A stretch of 64,000 nt of DNA from Candidatus Yanofskybacteria bacterium RIFCSPLOWO2_01_FULL_39_28 (GCA_001794635.1 MGKE01000007.1:8774-72773), one strand, 5' to 3'. Shown: positions 17,308-31,631, counted from the first letter of the stretch. Made by a program: numbers and translations. The notes: a model not told the origin generated them from the letters alone.

Positions 17308-17506
17308 CTATTTAGAATTTAACGAAGAAATTAGCCAAACACTAGTGGCTTGAGACAGGTAAAGCCTTAACTTAATAGGCTTCCTGTCTCAAGCGCATCA
17401 ATTTTAATATTAATAAATGACCCGAGATCCTGAAGGCCACTATTAATGACACATATGAGGTTCGAGTCTCAACCCTGCTTCAAACAGAGCTTATCTATTT
17501 GATTTA

Positions 17507-17535
17507 ATTATACTCCCAATTACAAACAAAGTCAA
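17507..17535 (-). promoter_or_regulatory. Near-consensus sigma-70 promoter for the helicase gene (implies a ~190-nt leader)
   Basis: Minus strand reads TTGACT, a 17-nt spacer, then TATAAT. Confidence 0.55.
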
Positions 17536-17544
17536 ATCAACTTA

Positions 17545-18774
17545 CTATTCATAACGCAGAGCCTCCATGGGGCTCTTTTTTGATGCCTGACTGGCCGGGT
17601 AAATACCAAAAATAAAACCTATGGCTGTTGATACGACCACTCCCATAAGAGCTCCCGATACGGGAGAAGAAAACGGAAAATCAAAACCAGTGAAATGATG
17701 GATGGCAATAGTGGCAATAAAACTAATTGTAGAACCAAAAATTATTCCCAATACTCCACCAACCCCGGTTAGAATAACGGCTTCTATTAAAAACTGAGAG
17801 AGAATATCCTTATTTCTGGCTCCCAATGCCTTACGTAAACCGATTTCTCTTGTCCTTTCGGTTACCGAAACAAGCATTATGTTCATAATCCCCACTCCCC
17901 CGACAACAAGAGAAATAGCGGCAATAGAAGCCAGGATAATTGTCAAAACACTGGTTACGGTGCCTATGGTTTGAGCTGCATCTTCGGCAGTTTGGACAAC
18001 AAAATCATCATCTTCAGGATCATCAATGTCGTGGCTATCACGCAAGGTCAATTCTATATCCCTGACCAGACCAGGTATTTTATCCGCACTTGAAGCCGTA
18101 ATAACAATTCTTTGAATATAATCATAACCCAATATATACTGTTGAGCTGTGGTATAAGGCACAATTGCCACCTCATCATAATTAACAAACAAGGATTGGC
18201 CTTTTGGCATTAAGACTCCAATAACCCGATAACTTTTGTTTTTAATCTTAACCTTCTCGCCGACCGCATCCGAATAACCAAAAAGTTCTTCTTTTATTTT
18301 TGAACCGAGGATTATTGCGGATGATTTTTGAACAACATCTTCATTGGTAATAAACTCGCCCTCTTCAAGCTCAAGTTTATCAATGTCCTTATTACCTGGT
18401 GAGGCACCCAAAAGAGAAGTGTAAAATTTCTCTGAATCATAAGTAACGGTAGCTGGACCAAATACAAATGGCACTATTAAATTAGCATCGGGAACATTAC
18501 TCTTTTTAGCTAAAGCCACAACGTCTTTATCTCTCAGTGAATCAGTAAGGATACTGGATTCACCAAAATCACCTTTTCCCGGGATAACAAAAGCGCTATT
18601 AGAACCAAAATTCTCAATCTCGCCGAGAATAAATCCTTCTGCGCTATCGCCAATAGAGGTAACAATGGTTACCGCAGTTATACCGATAACAATACCCAAA
18701 ATGGTGAGGATAGATCTCACTTTATTAGTTACTAGACCGATCATGGCCATTTTAAATATGTCTTTTAGGTCCAT
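17545..18774 (-). CDS. ABC transporter permease, MacB/FtsX family
   Basis: N-terminal TM, large extracytoplasmic domain, C-terminal FtsX-type 3-TM bundle (ERTREIGLRKALGA). Confidence 0.9.
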   Translation of the reverse strand: MDLKDIFKMAMIGLVTNKVRSILTILGIVIGITAVTIVTSIGDSAEGFILGEIENFGSNSAFVIPGKGDFGESSILTDSLRDKDVVALAKKSNVPDANLIVPFVFGPATVTYDSEKFYTSLLGASPGNKDIDKLELEEGEFITNEDVVQKSSAIILGSKIKEELFGYSDAVGEKVKIKNKSYRVIGVLMPKGQSLFVNYDEVAIVPYTTAQQYILGYDYIQRIVITASSADKIPGLVRDIELTLRDSHDIDDPEDDDFVVQTAEDAAQTIGTVTSVLTIILASIAAISLVVGGVGIMNIMLVSVTERTREIGLRKALGARNKDILSQFLIEAVILTGVGGVLGIIFGSTISFIATIAIHHFTGFDFPFSSPVSGALMGVVVSTAIGFIFGIYPASQASKKSPMEALRYE

Positions 18775-18779
18775 ATGTT

Positions 18780-19499
18780 TTATTTTATAAGGTCACCCTT
18801 ACCGGCGATTTTTCTATCCTGGACTATTTTATCTGAGCTGATTTTACCATCATTAATTTGAATGATTCTTTTTGCTGATTGAGCAATATAGGTTTCATGT
18901 GTAACAATAACTATCGTATGCCCCCACTTGTTAAGTTTTTGGAAAAAATCTAAAACAATTTCGCCTGATTTAGAATCTAGATTACCCGTTGGTTCATCAG
19001 CAAAAATTATTTTAGGGTTATTAACCAACGCCCGGGCAATAGCCACTCTTTGTTTTTGTCCACCGGAAAGGCGTGAAGTTAAATAATCAGTTCTATGATT
19101 AAGCTCAACCAAATCAATCATCTTTTGAGCAACCTCGGTTCTTTTTGGCTCTTTAATTCCACTATAAATTAATGGCAGTTTGACATTATCTAGAACAGAA
19201 AGGCGGGGTAAAAGATTAAAGGCCTGAAAAACAAAACCCATAATATTGTTCCTGATATGAGCTAATTCATTGTCAGAAAATTTTTCAAGATTTTTGCCAT
19301 TTATCAAGTAACTTCCCGAGGTTGGTCGATCAAGACAACCTAATACCTGTAATAATGTTGATTTGCCAGATCCAGATGGTCCAGTTATTGCCACAAATTC
19401 GCCTTTATCTATTTTGAGGTTAATATTATCTAAGCCAATAGTTTCTATATCGTTATCGCGATATATTTTGGATAAGTTTTTTACTTCTATAAGGGCCAT
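18780..19499 (-). CDS. ABC transporter ATP-binding protein (MacB/LolD-type)
   Basis: Walker A GPSGSGKST, signature LSGGQKQR, Walker B IIFADEPTGNLD. Confidence 0.95.
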   Translation of the reverse strand: MALIEVKNLSKIYRDNDIETIGLDNINLKIDKGEFVAITGPSGSGKSTLLQVLGCLDRPTSGSYLINGKNLEKFSDNELAHIRNNIMGFVFQAFNLLPRLSVLDNVKLPLIYSGIKEPKRTEVAQKMIDLVELNHRTDYLTSRLSGGQKQRVAIARALVNNPKIIFADEPTGNLDSKSGEIVLDFFQKLNKWGHTIVIVTHETYIAQSAKRIIQINDGKISSDKIVQDRKIAGKGDLIK

Positions 19500-19500
19500 A

Positions 19501-21030
19501 TTATTCTCGAATAATTTTATCTCCTTCTTGAAGTCCGGAGATAATTTCTATTCTTCCATCAGAGCCCTTGAGGCCAGTTTTAATTTCAACTTCAAATATT
19601 TTTTTACCATCTTCTTGAGATATAAGAATTAGATTGGCAAATCTATCACTTTCCAGATTCTGGTCTATAACAACTTGGACATATTTTTTGCCGTCTTTAG
19701 AAATCACGTTCCGACTTGGAATATAAAGGACATCGTCTTTCCTTTGAGTCAGGATATCCATATCGGCTGTTAAGCCGGACAAGATTCTCTTGTCATTAGA
19801 ATCAAATTCAAGAGTTATTTTATAAACAGCCAAGCCTTCAACCATTCTTCCGGCTGGGTCAATATGAATAACCTTGGCCTTAAAAATATTATCTCTTCCG
19901 TAAGCATCTAGGGTAACATTGGCGCTATTGCCGACTGATATTTTGGCAACATCGGCTTCAGATACATTAGCTTCTATTTGAAACTTAGCATTGCCAATCA
20001 AAGAGACCATCACTTCATTTGGAGAAATAATTTCTCCCGGTTTAACATCAACATTGGCAACGATTCCAGCAAATGGAGAAACTAGCCAGTATCTGACAAG
20101 CTGTGCCTGAATCAGAGCCAGTGATGCTTTTGCTTGTTCAAGTTGAGATATTGCAATTTCAATATCATAACCTTCGCCGACAACTGTTTTATTAAGGATG
20201 GACGTATCAGAAATTCTGGTAATAATAGTGTCTATGTCAGATTTTATTTTATTCAAGTCGGCTGGATCAACGTTTGGTTGTCCGGCTAATTCCGATTGCA
20301 TCACTTCCAAACCAGCTTTTGTAATCAAAAGCATGTGTTTTGTTTTTGATATTAATGGGTCAATATCCGCATCATTTGGATTTGCTTGAGCTGCATAAAC
20401 TTCTGATTTGAGGCCGGTATTAAAAGCGGTAAAATACCAAGCCCCAACTCGTCCCAAATTGTCTTTGTTGTATATCTCGTAAAGAATTTCATCTTTTTGC
20501 TGAGCAAGATAAACTGAAGTACCATAGTTATTGTTAAAATATTTGTATTGAACATCAGTAAAATCAATCATCGCATCTATGCTTGATTTAACGGCCCTAG
20601 CTAAAGAGTCAATTACGGAACTGATATCTCCGCCGCTTTTGCTAGAAGCAATAATTTGATTCAAACGAAGTTCAGAAGCTGACACATTTGCTTTTTCCCT
20701 TTGCTCTTGAGCTAAAAGTTCTGAATCATCAAGTTTTATAAGTAACCGGCCGCCGGCAACTCTGTCTCCGCTTTTGACACCAACATAAGAAATCTTTCCA
20801 CTTCGCTCAAAAGCCAAATCAACAGATTGGGCAGATTTTACTCTTCCAGTTATATTAACTTCCTGTACCACGGACCCAATATTTGCTTCCGCAAATTCTA
20901 ACTCTGAGTCACTACCAGAAAATAAGAACCATCCCAGAATTGATAAAATCAAAATAAACGAGAACATAAAGGTCTTTTTTCGTTTCTTTAAGAGAGGGGT
21001 AAATTTATATAATATACTCATAAGCAACAT
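19501..21030 (-). CDS. HlyD/MacA-family periplasmic adaptor (membrane fusion protein)
   Basis: N-terminal TM, lipoyl-like hairpin halves (GRVKSAQSVDLAFERSGKI..GDRV and SPFAGIVANVDVKPGE), long coiled coil. Forms an operon with the ABC pair. Confidence 0.85.
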   Translation of the reverse strand: MLLMSILYKFTPLLKKRKKTFMFSFILILSILGWFLFSGSDSELEFAEANIGSVVQEVNITGRVKSAQSVDLAFERSGKISYVGVKSGDRVAGGRLLIKLDDSELLAQEQREKANVSASELRLNQIIASSKSGGDISSVIDSLARAVKSSIDAMIDFTDVQYKYFNNNYGTSVYLAQQKDEILYEIYNKDNLGRVGAWYFTAFNTGLKSEVYAAQANPNDADIDPLISKTKHMLLITKAGLEVMQSELAGQPNVDPADLNKIKSDIDTIITRISDTSILNKTVVGEGYDIEIAISQLEQAKASLALIQAQLVRYWLVSPFAGIVANVDVKPGEIISPNEVMVSLIGNAKFQIEANVSEADVAKISVGNSANVTLDAYGRDNIFKAKVIHIDPAGRMVEGLAVYKITLEFDSNDKRILSGLTADMDILTQRKDDVLYIPSRNVISKDGKKYVQVVIDQNLESDRFANLILISQEDGKKIFEVEIKTGLKGSDGRIEIISGLQEGDKIIRE

Positions 21031-21076
21031 GATTATACCACGATTTATTGATTTTACAAGAGTAAGAAGCTAAAAA

Positions 21077-22273
21077 TTAGTATCCCCTGAGTTTCTCAAT
21101 CTTATGGTGCTGACGAATTTTTTCTAGAGCTTTAGCTTCAATCTGTCGGATACGCTCACGAGTAACGGCAAATACCTTGCCCACTTCTTCAAGAGTATGG
21201 GTTACACCATCAGTAAGACCGAATCTCATATCAAGAATCTTCTGCTCACGAGGAGTTAGGTCATTAATAATTTCCTGAATATGAGTTTTGAGTATTGTCC
21301 TGGCCGTAGACATTGACGGGGTAATTGTATCTTCGTCAGGAATAAAACTTTCCAGAGCACTATCTTCGTCATCTTGCCCAACGGGTGCTTCAAGAGAAAC
21401 GGTGTCCTGGGATATTTTCTGAATATATCTTATTTTGTCTACTTCCACTCCCATTTCGGCGGCCACCTCTTCCGGTAATGGTTCTCGGCCTAAATCTTGA
21501 ACTAATCGACGAACCACCTGCTGATATTTATTTATTGTTTCCACCATGTGAACCGGGATGCGGATAGTTTTGCCTTGGTCAGCCAAAGCTCTAGTAATGG
21601 CTTGGCGAATCCACCAGGTAGCATAGGTTGAAAATTTAAATCCTCTTTTAAAATCAAATTTCTCAACTGCTTTGAACAGTCCAATATTCCCTTCCTGAAT
21701 TAAATCCAGTAGAGTCAGGTTCGCTGAACGGCCAACGTATTTTTTAGCAATAGAAACAACAAGCCGCAGGTTTGAGACAGCTAGTTTCTGTCTTGCCGCC
21801 TCATCGTTCTTTTCTATTTTCTTAGCCAATTCTACTTCTTCTTCGCTTGAAAGCAGTGGATACCGACCTATCTCTCTTAGATACATCTGGACCGAGTCGG
21901 AAGAAGACGCTTCTTCGAGTTCCAATTCAACTTTTTTCTTCTCGTCATATTCACGGGCTTTTTCTTCATGGAAGACTTGACCTGATTCAATAATGTTAAT
22001 GTTCGCCGATTCAAGACGATCATAAAGCATCTCCAAGCCCTTTATGTCAGTCTCGAGGTGCGGAAAAGCGTTGATAATTTCAGCTTGAGTTACGAAACCC
22101 CTGTGGCGGCCTTTTTCTATCAAAGCCAAAACCGCCTCTTCGCTCATCGGAGCTCTTTTTGGTTTCTGACCCTTTACTCGCTTGGCCTTTTTACTTTTGG
22201 ATAGCTTAACCGGTTTTTTTCTAGCAATTTTTTTAACCGGTTTTGATTTTTTCAGTTTATTTTTCTTTGCCAT
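21077..22273 (-). CDS. rpoD: RNA polymerase sigma factor RpoD (sigma-70)
   Basis: Regions 1.2-4.2 are recognisable ([48 protein letters not shown]). Basic N-terminal tail. Confidence 0.95.
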   Translation of the reverse strand: MAKKNKLKKSKPVKKIARKKPVKLSKSKKAKRVKGQKPKRAPMSEEAVLALIEKGRHRGFVTQAEIINAFPHLETDIKGLEMLYDRLESANINIIESGQVFHEEKAREYDEKKKVELELEEASSSDSVQMYLREIGRYPLLSSEEEVELAKKIEKNDEAARQKLAVSNLRLVVSIAKKYVGRSANLTLLDLIQEGNIGLFKAVEKFDFKRGFKFSTYATWWIRQAITRALADQGKTIRIPVHMVETINKYQQVVRRLVQDLGREPLPEEVAAEMGVEVDKIRYIQKISQDTVSLEAPVGQDDEDSALESFIPDEDTITPSMSTARTILKTHIQEIINDLTPREQKILDMRFGLTDGVTHTLEEVGKVFAVTRERIRQIEAKALEKIRQHHKIEKLRGY

Positions 22274-24089
22274 AATTATTATTTTTAATCGTTTTTTGAG
22301 TAAGCTTATTAAATTGGGTTAGTAAAATTTTTAACTTTTCTTTGTTGTCGTTTGACTCGGCTTCTTTTATGTCAAACTCAAGTATAGTGAGCTGGGCAAC
22401 GGTTGATTTGTGTTCAAGGCTTATTTTTAAGCGATTAAATTCCGATTTTAAATCTTCCTCGCTAAAGTCCTTTAATAATTCTTGTGATTTTAAATGAGAA
22501 AATTCCAGCTTCATCGCTGTGGCTTCATCAAATTGTTTTATAAATTCATTGAAATTAAATTTGTCCAAATCGTAATTTTTTAGTTTCATGACCGTTTCGG
22601 CTGTTAACGTGTCCAGATGGTTTATATCTAGATTACTTAATTCGCTTCTGAAGACGACCGGATTCCTAAATACCACGGCCAGTATAGCCGAACACAATAT
22701 ATTGTCTTGGCTAGATTGAATGGATGGTATTATTATTTGATTGTTACTGTTTAGATTGTGCCCCTCAAAAATTTCTAAGTCATCTTTAATCGTCAAAATG
22801 TCGGCGTTAATTGACTCTTCTTTGGTTTTTAAAACCGAAGCAAGTCGAGATACCCAATGATCTTTTTCAACCCGACTAGACAACCTTTTCAGCAATGGAC
22901 CGAGGTTGGAAATAAGAGCCTTTTTGCCACTAACTGAATTCAGATCCAATTCTGACTTGAGCTTGTCAAAGTAAAAATCAATAACCGGCTTGGCGGTTTT
23001 GACTTTTTCCTCCCACTTTTGGCCCTGCCCGTCCGGCAGGCAGGCGAATTTTTGAATGTAATCTGCCGGATCTTTACAATCTGGTTCCTGAATATGGACT
23101 ATGTTAATATTAAAATTTTGGCTTAATGCCAGTCCTATCCCCCTTCTTGTAGCTGTTAGTCCGGCTTGATCTGTGTCAAAGCAAAAATTGAGATTATTCG
23201 TAAACCTCTGCAAAAGTTGCAGATGACTTGGAGTAAGGGCCGTACCAGAGGTACCGGCAACATTCTTAACTCCAGCTTGATAAGACATTATAACATCTAT
23301 ATTTCCTTCCACAAGTAGGCAGGAGTCTTTTTGACGAGTCTCCATTTTTGCCTTATTTAAGCCGTAAAGAATCCGGCTTTTGTCATAAAGAAGGGTTTGA
23401 GGAGTATTTATATACTTACCAACATCGGCTGGATGATTATCACCGAAGACTCTGCCAGTAAAGCCGACAATCTGGTCATTAACATCAGCTACGGGAAAAA
23501 TAATGCGGGACCTAAAGCGATCATATATATCCTTGCCGCCTTCTTTCTTTAAACTAAGTCCGGCATCAATAATATCTTGATCCTTATAACCGCAGTCGTA
23601 GAGAAATTGTGAAAGATTGCGCCAACCCTCTGGCACAAACCCCAAACGAAATTCCCTAATAGACTGTTCGCTCATTTCCCTGTCTTTCAGATAGTCTAAA
23701 GCTGTTTTACCAGTTGAAGAATGATGAAGCTGTTTTTCAAAAAACCTAGCCGCTGTTTCACAAATCTCATAAAGGACCTGCTTAGCATCCTGAACAGATG
23801 GATCAAATTTTTCCAACTTGACTCCGGCCTTTTGAGCCAAGATTCTTAAAGCATCCCCAAACTCAACACCTTCCATTTCTTTAACAAAACCGAAAATATC
23901 CCCTCCTTTTTGGCAGCCAAAACAATGCCAAATCTGTCGCTCTGGAGAAATATAAAAAGACGGTGTTTTCTCGTTATGAAAAGGACAGCGGGCCTTGAAA
24001 TTATTGCCTGCTTTTTGAACCTTAATATAACCCGAAATAACGTCCACTACACTAAGACGTTCTTTGATTTTTGCGATATTATCAGACAT
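22257..24089 (-). CDS. dnaG: DNA primase DnaG
   Basis: Zinc finger [20 protein letters not shown] polymerase core, TOPRIM EGNIDV..DTDQAG. Overlaps rpoD by 17 nt. Confidence 0.95.
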   Translation of the reverse strand: MSDNIAKIKERLSVVDVISGYIKVQKAGNNFKARCPFHNEKTPSFYISPERQIWHCFGCQKGGDIFGFVKEMEGVEFGDALRILAQKAGVKLEKFDPSVQDAKQVLYEICETAARFFEKQLHHSSTGKTALDYLKDREMSEQSIREFRLGFVPEGWRNLSQFLYDCGYKDQDIIDAGLSLKKEGGKDIYDRFRSRIIFPVADVNDQIVGFTGRVFGDNHPADVGKYINTPQTLLYDKSRILYGLNKAKMETRQKDSCLLVEGNIDVIMSYQAGVKNVAGTSGTALTPSHLQLLQRFTNNLNFCFDTDQAGLTATRRGIGLALSQNFNINIVHIQEPDCKDPADYIQKFACLPDGQGQKWEEKVKTAKPVIDFYFDKLKSELDLNSVSGKKALISNLGPLLKRLSSRVEKDHWVSRLASVLKTKEESINADILTIKDDLEIFEGHNLNSNNQIIIPSIQSSQDNILCSAILAVVFRNPVVFRSELSNLDINHLDTLTAETVMKLKNYDLDKFNFNEFIKQFDEATAMKLEFSHLKSQELLKDFSEEDLKSEFNRLKISLEHKSTVAQLTILEFDIKEAESNDNKEKLKILLTQFNKLTQKTIKNNNYGKEK

Positions 24090-24113
24090 TTAACTTATTT
24101 TACCATATTTTTA

Positions 24114-24143
24114 CTAAAAATAAAGCTCTCTTTTACGAGAGCT
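24114..24143 (-). terminator. Intrinsic terminator after purF
   Basis: AGCTCTC-6 nt-GAGAGCT followed on the minus strand by TTATTTTTAG. Confidence 0.7.
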
Positions 24144-24155
24144 CCTGTTTTTATA

Positions 24156-25625
24156 TTACCATTTGTTCCAAATTGGATCCCTGTTTTCAAAACAACCGAA
24201 ACAATAATCCTCTGTTCTTTTGCCTAAAAATCTTACCGCATCATAAAGATCAGTCAACCGAGAATATCCAACAAAGTTACAATCAAGGTATTTGGCCATA
24301 GATTCAGTATCAACATCAAACCCTGATTTTAAAAATTGTGGAGCAACAAGCTTCCCCTCTTTACCAGGCATATCAATGCCTTTCTGACATGGTCCTAAAA
24401 GAGCCGGAGCGGCTGATAGCCATCCCACCCAAACATCATGAGTGTAGCCCATTGATTTAAGGATCTTTCCAGCTATTTTTTTAAAAGCGCTAATAATCTT
24501 GCGAGATACGTTCCCTCTAACAATTGAGTCATCAACAAACCAAAAACGTGTAAAGGGGTTCCTTGTTAGAATCTCCTCTATTCCATGCTTCATAAAGTTC
24601 AATTTGCGACGTAAGGCATCTTCTCTGATTACTTGCTTTTCCTGAATAAAGCTTCGGGTGGCGTGAGTTCTTAAAATTATTGTATCAAGCCTCCTGTTTA
24701 AAGTATTACAAAAACCTTCTCCATAGAATTTAGCTGAATCAGGTATATAGGTAACCACGTCGTGAGGACTAATCAGGTGCCCATATTGTTTGGCTAAAAG
24801 AGAGCCAAGAATTTCTCTAAAACCAGACACTTGAACTCCAAAAATTTTTGATGTTGGATCACTAAAATAAACTAATTCATAAACACATTGATAGAGAGGA
24901 CCAAAAACATTTTCCCCGTATATCAATTCGGTTTGCAAACCCTCATTAGAAATAATCAGTATCTCCCCGGGGGCTATATCTCTAATATATTCAGCTCCAA
25001 TTTTTTCAAACGCAACATCTTCGGATGCAACCGCATAGCCACTGCCAACTTTGGCCAACTTCAATGGCCTGTTACCGTATCTGTCTCTAGCGGCTATGAG
25101 TTTGATTACTCCTTGATTATCTTTGACAAGCATGGCAATAGCGTAAGTGCCACGATAAGCACACAATCCATGTTTGACTGATTTAATTAAATCGTCCGTA
25201 CCCGATATAGACATGTTTTGAAGGATTATTTCCGAATCAGAGCTAGTCCAAAGAACTTGGCCTTTTTCTGCAAGAGCTTGCCTGTCTTCGTCCATAAAAG
25301 GAGAATCGCCATTTTGAGCCAAATAGACCTGACCACACGACATTTTTGCCATCAAAGGATGAGCGTTATCAATAGATCTTCTATCTCCTGCCGTGCCATA
25401 TCTTATGTGACCAACCCCACATGAATAACCTCTAGAGTCTTTTCCATCAAGAATGTCTTCAAGATTAGTAACCGTAAGCTCTGAACGTTCCCATAAAAAA
25501 TCTTGTGGGCCTCCACCTAAAACAATTCCTGCTCCATTTTCACCCCTATGAGGCAAGCCATTTAACATATCTATTATTTTCCTACACGGATCTGCGACAT
25601 TAAACACAGCAGCCACTCCACACAT
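24156..25625 (-). CDS. purF: Amidophosphoribosyltransferase-like class II glutamine amidotransferase
   Basis: N-terminal MCGV (Cys2 nucleophile), HRGENGAGI, PRTase-type loop VDDSIVRG. Confidence 0.85.
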   Translation of the reverse strand: MCGVAAVFNVADPCRKIIDMLNGLPHRGENGAGIVLGGGPQDFLWERSELTVTNLEDILDGKDSRGYSCGVGHIRYGTAGDRRSIDNAHPLMAKMSCGQVYLAQNGDSPFMDEDRQALAEKGQVLWTSSDSEIILQNMSISGTDDLIKSVKHGLCAYRGTYAIAMLVKDNQGVIKLIAARDRYGNRPLKLAKVGSGYAVASEDVAFEKIGAEYIRDIAPGEILIISNEGLQTELIYGENVFGPLYQCVYELVYFSDPTSKIFGVQVSGFREILGSLLAKQYGHLISPHDVVTYIPDSAKFYGEGFCNTLNRRLDTIILRTHATRSFIQEKQVIREDALRRKLNFMKHGIEEILTRNPFTRFWFVDDSIVRGNVSRKIISAFKKIAGKILKSMGYTHDVWVGWLSAAPALLGPCQKGIDMPGKEGKLVAPQFLKSGFDVDTESMAKYLDCNFVGYSRLTDLYDAVRFLGKRTEDYCFGCFENRDPIWNKW

Positions 25626-25673
25626 TTGGAACTCCTAGATCTTTTAAAAAAACCATCTATTATTTTACTTAAT

Positions 25674-25701
25674 AAAAAAGTCCTTGTCAAAAGGACTTTT
25701 G
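25674..25701 (-). terminator. Bidirectional-looking intrinsic terminator
   Basis: AGTCCTT-loop-AAGGACT flanked by an A-run and a T-run. Confidence 0.7.
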
Positions 25702-25706
25702 TGTTT

Positions 25707-27026
25707 TCATTTTACGATTATCTCTTCCCGCCAACCTCCAGCGGATTTTTTGGTAACTATATGCTGAAGATAAACATTCATCACTTCACTGCCCGATTCA
25801 AGGGAGTCAATGAGATTTTTCAGAGTCGCTCCGGATTCCGACCCTGAAGCAAAATTCTGGATATCGTCGAGAAGTATATTCATTGAAAATGATGCCGGCA
25901 AACCATTAACTACCACGCCTTTTATTTTCAGCTCAACTTCCTGGCGAGGCCGCCGGATAGGCAGTCTAACGGCAAATTCTCTAGTAGCTCTTGTGTTTTT
26001 ATCCTGGAAACTAATACTAATATCCAAAACCGCTTCAGCAACCGTATCTTTTATTTCCCAATCAACATCTTCGTAATTAAGAATGAGTGAAAAAGACGGC
26101 CGGTTGTCTTTGCTAATGTTTAACTTAGCTGGAACAAAAGAGTGGAAACGGTTATAGAGAAACTGCCGCTTGCTTAGATCTTCCGGCTGGCCGATGATTA
26201 TCGGCTTATACCTAGCGGCAGTCAGAGCCGCCGGTTCGGGCGGATCAAGAGCGCCAAATCTAGTTTTGCCATTGCCGCCCTCGATAACAATATCGGAATA
26301 GTAAGAAAACTGGTTCGGGTAAATAATAGCGAACCGGAAAACCCCGGATTGATCGTTAAATGAAATCTCGCGCTCTATCTCTAAGTATTCATCAATGGAA
26401 GTTGGATAGAACTTAACCACTTCCCGCAATCTTTCCATGTACATTTCGGTGGTATTTATGCCCTCATAACGCTTGAAAAGCTTATAACCAAATTTATCGT
26501 AAAACACGAAAACAAATCTTGGATAACCCCTGACGTCAAAATAAATCCAGGCCATCAGATCAGCAACACGAGACATATTTTGGGCTTTTTCTATCTGGTG
26601 AGGAGCGCCGTAAAACAGATAAACATGGGCCATATCACCGCGAAAATCGCCGTTGGCCTCGAAATTTGTCCCGGTTTGAGCGAATAGAACTTCGTTCTGA
26701 ATTCCGGCAATCAGTTTTTCTTTTTCTATCTTAAACTCATTTTCCGGAGTATTGGGATTTGGATCCCTAATCTCCAAAAAATAATCAATGAATCTTTTCA
26801 ACTCATCAGGGTTGTCGATTAATCCAAACGGCCTTATGTCCAGTTCCAGGTAACCGTTCTTTCTTTCATTCTCGGTAACAAAATAACGGTATGAATTCAA
26901 AAATTCCGTCTTTTCATTAAAAAGAGGATCTGTCGGTCTAGGCTCAAACCTGATTCGTTGGCCGGCACAACCTGTAAGAAGCAAAAAGCAAAGAACAAAA
27001 AGCAAGAGACAAGAGATTCTGGACAT
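25707..27026 (-). CDS. Lipoprotein with a degenerate GWxTD-like domain
   Basis: Lipobox LLLTGC. DPNPNTPENEF ... GDFRGDMAHVYLFYGAPHQIE resembles the GWxTD-domain pattern, with GWxTD itself degenerate. Confidence 0.8.
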   Translation of the reverse strand: MSRISCLLLFVLCFLLLTGCAGQRIRFEPRPTDPLFNEKTEFLNSYRYFVTENERKNGYLELDIRPFGLIDNPDELKRFIDYFLEIRDPNPNTPENEFKIEKEKLIAGIQNEVLFAQTGTNFEANGDFRGDMAHVYLFYGAPHQIEKAQNMSRVADLMAWIYFDVRGYPRFVFVFYDKFGYKLFKRYEGINTTEMYMERLREVVKFYPTSIDEYLEIEREISFNDQSGVFRFAIIYPNQFSYYSDIVIEGGNGKTRFGALDPPEPAALTAARYKPIIIGQPEDLSKRQFLYNRFHSFVPAKLNISKDNRPSFSLILNYEDVDWEIKDTVAEAVLDISISFQDKNTRATREFAVRLPIRRPRQEVELKIKGVVVNGLPASFSMNILLDDIQNFASGSESGATLKNLIDSLESGSEVMNVYLQHIVTKKSAGGWREEIIVK

Positions 27027-27646
27027 TAGCTTCCTCCTTCCAGAAGTCTGATAATATCGCTTCGATTGGCCCTAAGAATATGATATATACCGCCGACCCT
27101 GAATTCCGCGCCGGAAAAAATATTACGGGTCTTTCCGTTACCAACATTCTCGGTCATAAATTCAACCAATGCTTTTTCGTTTTTGGTTACCAGCCAATTT
27201 CCATCAGGCGCCATAATCCCGAGCAAAACATCGCTTGATAATCTATCGTGTCCCGTGACAGGATCTTTATCAGTTTTCCATTCAAGATATAAAAATGGAT
27301 CAGATTGCTTAGTACGTTCATTTAGCAAATCCTGCTCTTCTTGCCGGGAATACTCCTCTGCTACCGTCTCACTTGCCAGACGTTCGTTAAAATCTCTACA
27401 CTTGGAAACAGTCACTGGAATATGCCGGCTGACTATGCGGACAAAATCTCCGGGAACGGTGGGATTACTATACTCGGTTTCCAAGCCAAGATAAATACTA
27501 GCACAGTCAGAAATTCTTAATTCAATTCGCGACGTATTAACAACTTTCCAGTTGGTTACATCCGGAACAGGATTGGTTTGAGCCATCACAGAATGGGACC
27601 AAAAAAGCAGGCTAAAGCCAAAAATAACCGCCATATATCTCTTCAT
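27026..27646 (-). CDS. Secreted hypothetical protein
   Basis: Start chosen at MKRYMAVIFGFSLLFWSHSVMAQ (signal peptide), with GGAG 7 nt upstream. The track ORF extends to an ATG inside the heptamer repeat at 27733. Confidence 0.75.
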   Translation of the reverse strand: MKRYMAVIFGFSLLFWSHSVMAQTNPVPDVTNWKVVNTSRIELRISDCASIYLGLETEYSNPTVPGDFVRIVSRHIPVTVSKCRDFNERLASETVAEEYSRQEEQDLLNERTKQSDPFLYLEWKTDKDPVTGHDRLSSDVLLGIMAPDGNWLVTKNEKALVEFMTENVGNGKTRNIFSGAEFRVGGIYHILRANRSDIIRLLEGGS

Positions 27647-27723
27647 TTTCAACTCCATGATGTAAAAGAACTTTGAAGTTACCATACAATAATTAAAAAA
27701 CCCCCGCAATAGCAGAGGTTTAT

Positions 27724-27751
27724 CATTAGTCATTAGTCATTAGTCATTAGT
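27724..27751. repeat. Heptanucleotide tandem repeat (CATTAGT)x4
   Basis: Four perfect units, located 10 nt downstream of the Omp85-fusion stop and ~78 nt upstream of the next start. On the coding strand it reads (ACTAATG)x4, so each unit carries an ATG. Confidence 0.95.
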
Positions 27752-27760
27752 CAGATTATT

Positions 27761-30829
<3,069 letters not shown>

Positions 30830-30883
30830 TTTGAGCCTCTTTCTCTGTTGACAAAGAACTTACAATTTAAGGTCAAGCTATAC

Positions 30884-31351
30884 TTATTTAGAGAGTAGGT
30901 CAAGGTCGGCGATAACCTCATTTGCATGTTCGGCCGGTTTAACATCCGGATAAACCTTGACAATTTTGCCGTCAGGATTTATCAAATATGAGATTCGTTT
31001 GGTACCCATGTATTCCTTGCCCATAAATTTTTTCTTTTGCCACGCCCCATATTTTTTGACCACTTCTTTTTTATCATCAGCCAAGAGAGTAAACGGCAAT
31101 TTATATTTCTCGGCAAATTTGCCATGACTCTTAACCGAATCAACGCTTATTCCCAAAACAATACAATTAAGCTTCTTGAAATCGGGCAGGTTGTCTCTGA
31201 TCATGCAGGCCTCTTTTGTGCATCCAGGAGTGTCGTCTTTAGGATAAAAATAAACCAAAACCCACTTGCCTTTGTAGTCAGTGAGTGAATGTATTTCCCC
31301 AGCCTGATCAGGCAGAGAGAAATTCGGAGCTTTGGTGTTTAGTTTAAGCAT
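30884..31351 (-). CDS. bcp: Thiol peroxidase / peroxiredoxin Bcp
   Basis: FYPKDDTPGCTKEAC active-site motif; 155 aa. Confidence 0.9.
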   Translation of the reverse strand: MLKLNTKAPNFSLPDQAGEIHSLTDYKGKWVLVYFYPKDDTPGCTKEACMIRDNLPDFKKLNCIVLGISVDSVKSHGKFAEKYKLPFTLLADDKKEVVKKYGAWQKKKFMGKEYMGTKRISYLINPDGKIVKVYPDVKPAEHANEVIADLDLLSK

Positions 31352-31361
31352 ATTTAATTAT

Positions 31362-31631
31362 TCAACGATGAGGGCAACCGGCCCAACAACAAGGCCTGCG
31401 CTTTCCTTCTCTAAGCTCCGTACGCGTCCTCTCAATCCGGTGGCTTCTAGTCTCTGCTTTCTTGGCGGACTCAATCCAGCAGATCCACTCATTACGTGCA
31501 AGCGGCGTAATATCCTCCCAGGCCGCTCTTGACACTGGAGAAAAATTAAGGCCTTTTTTTAAATCCGCTGGCACTTTATGCACCGCGCCAGCAGTAATCT
31601 TGTCCTGAGCTCGTTGAAGGATTTTAGTCAT
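31362..31631 (-). CDS. YdeI/OmpD-associated family protein
   Basis: W..ITPLARNEWICWIESAKK.ETR..R and a C-terminal CCWAGCPHR. Confidence 0.7.
   Translation of the reverse strand: MTKILQRAQDKITAGAVHKVPADLKKGLNFSPVSRAAWEDITPLARNEWICWIESAKKAETRSHRIERTRTELREGKRRPCCWAGCPHR

Noticed and set aside
17455-17490. GGTTCGAGTCTC, which looks like a tRNA T-loop, inside the helicase leader
   Set aside because: The flanking bases do not form a 5-bp T stem (only G-C and G-U pair). No acceptor, D or anticodon arms can be drawn. At most it is a decayed tRNA fragment.
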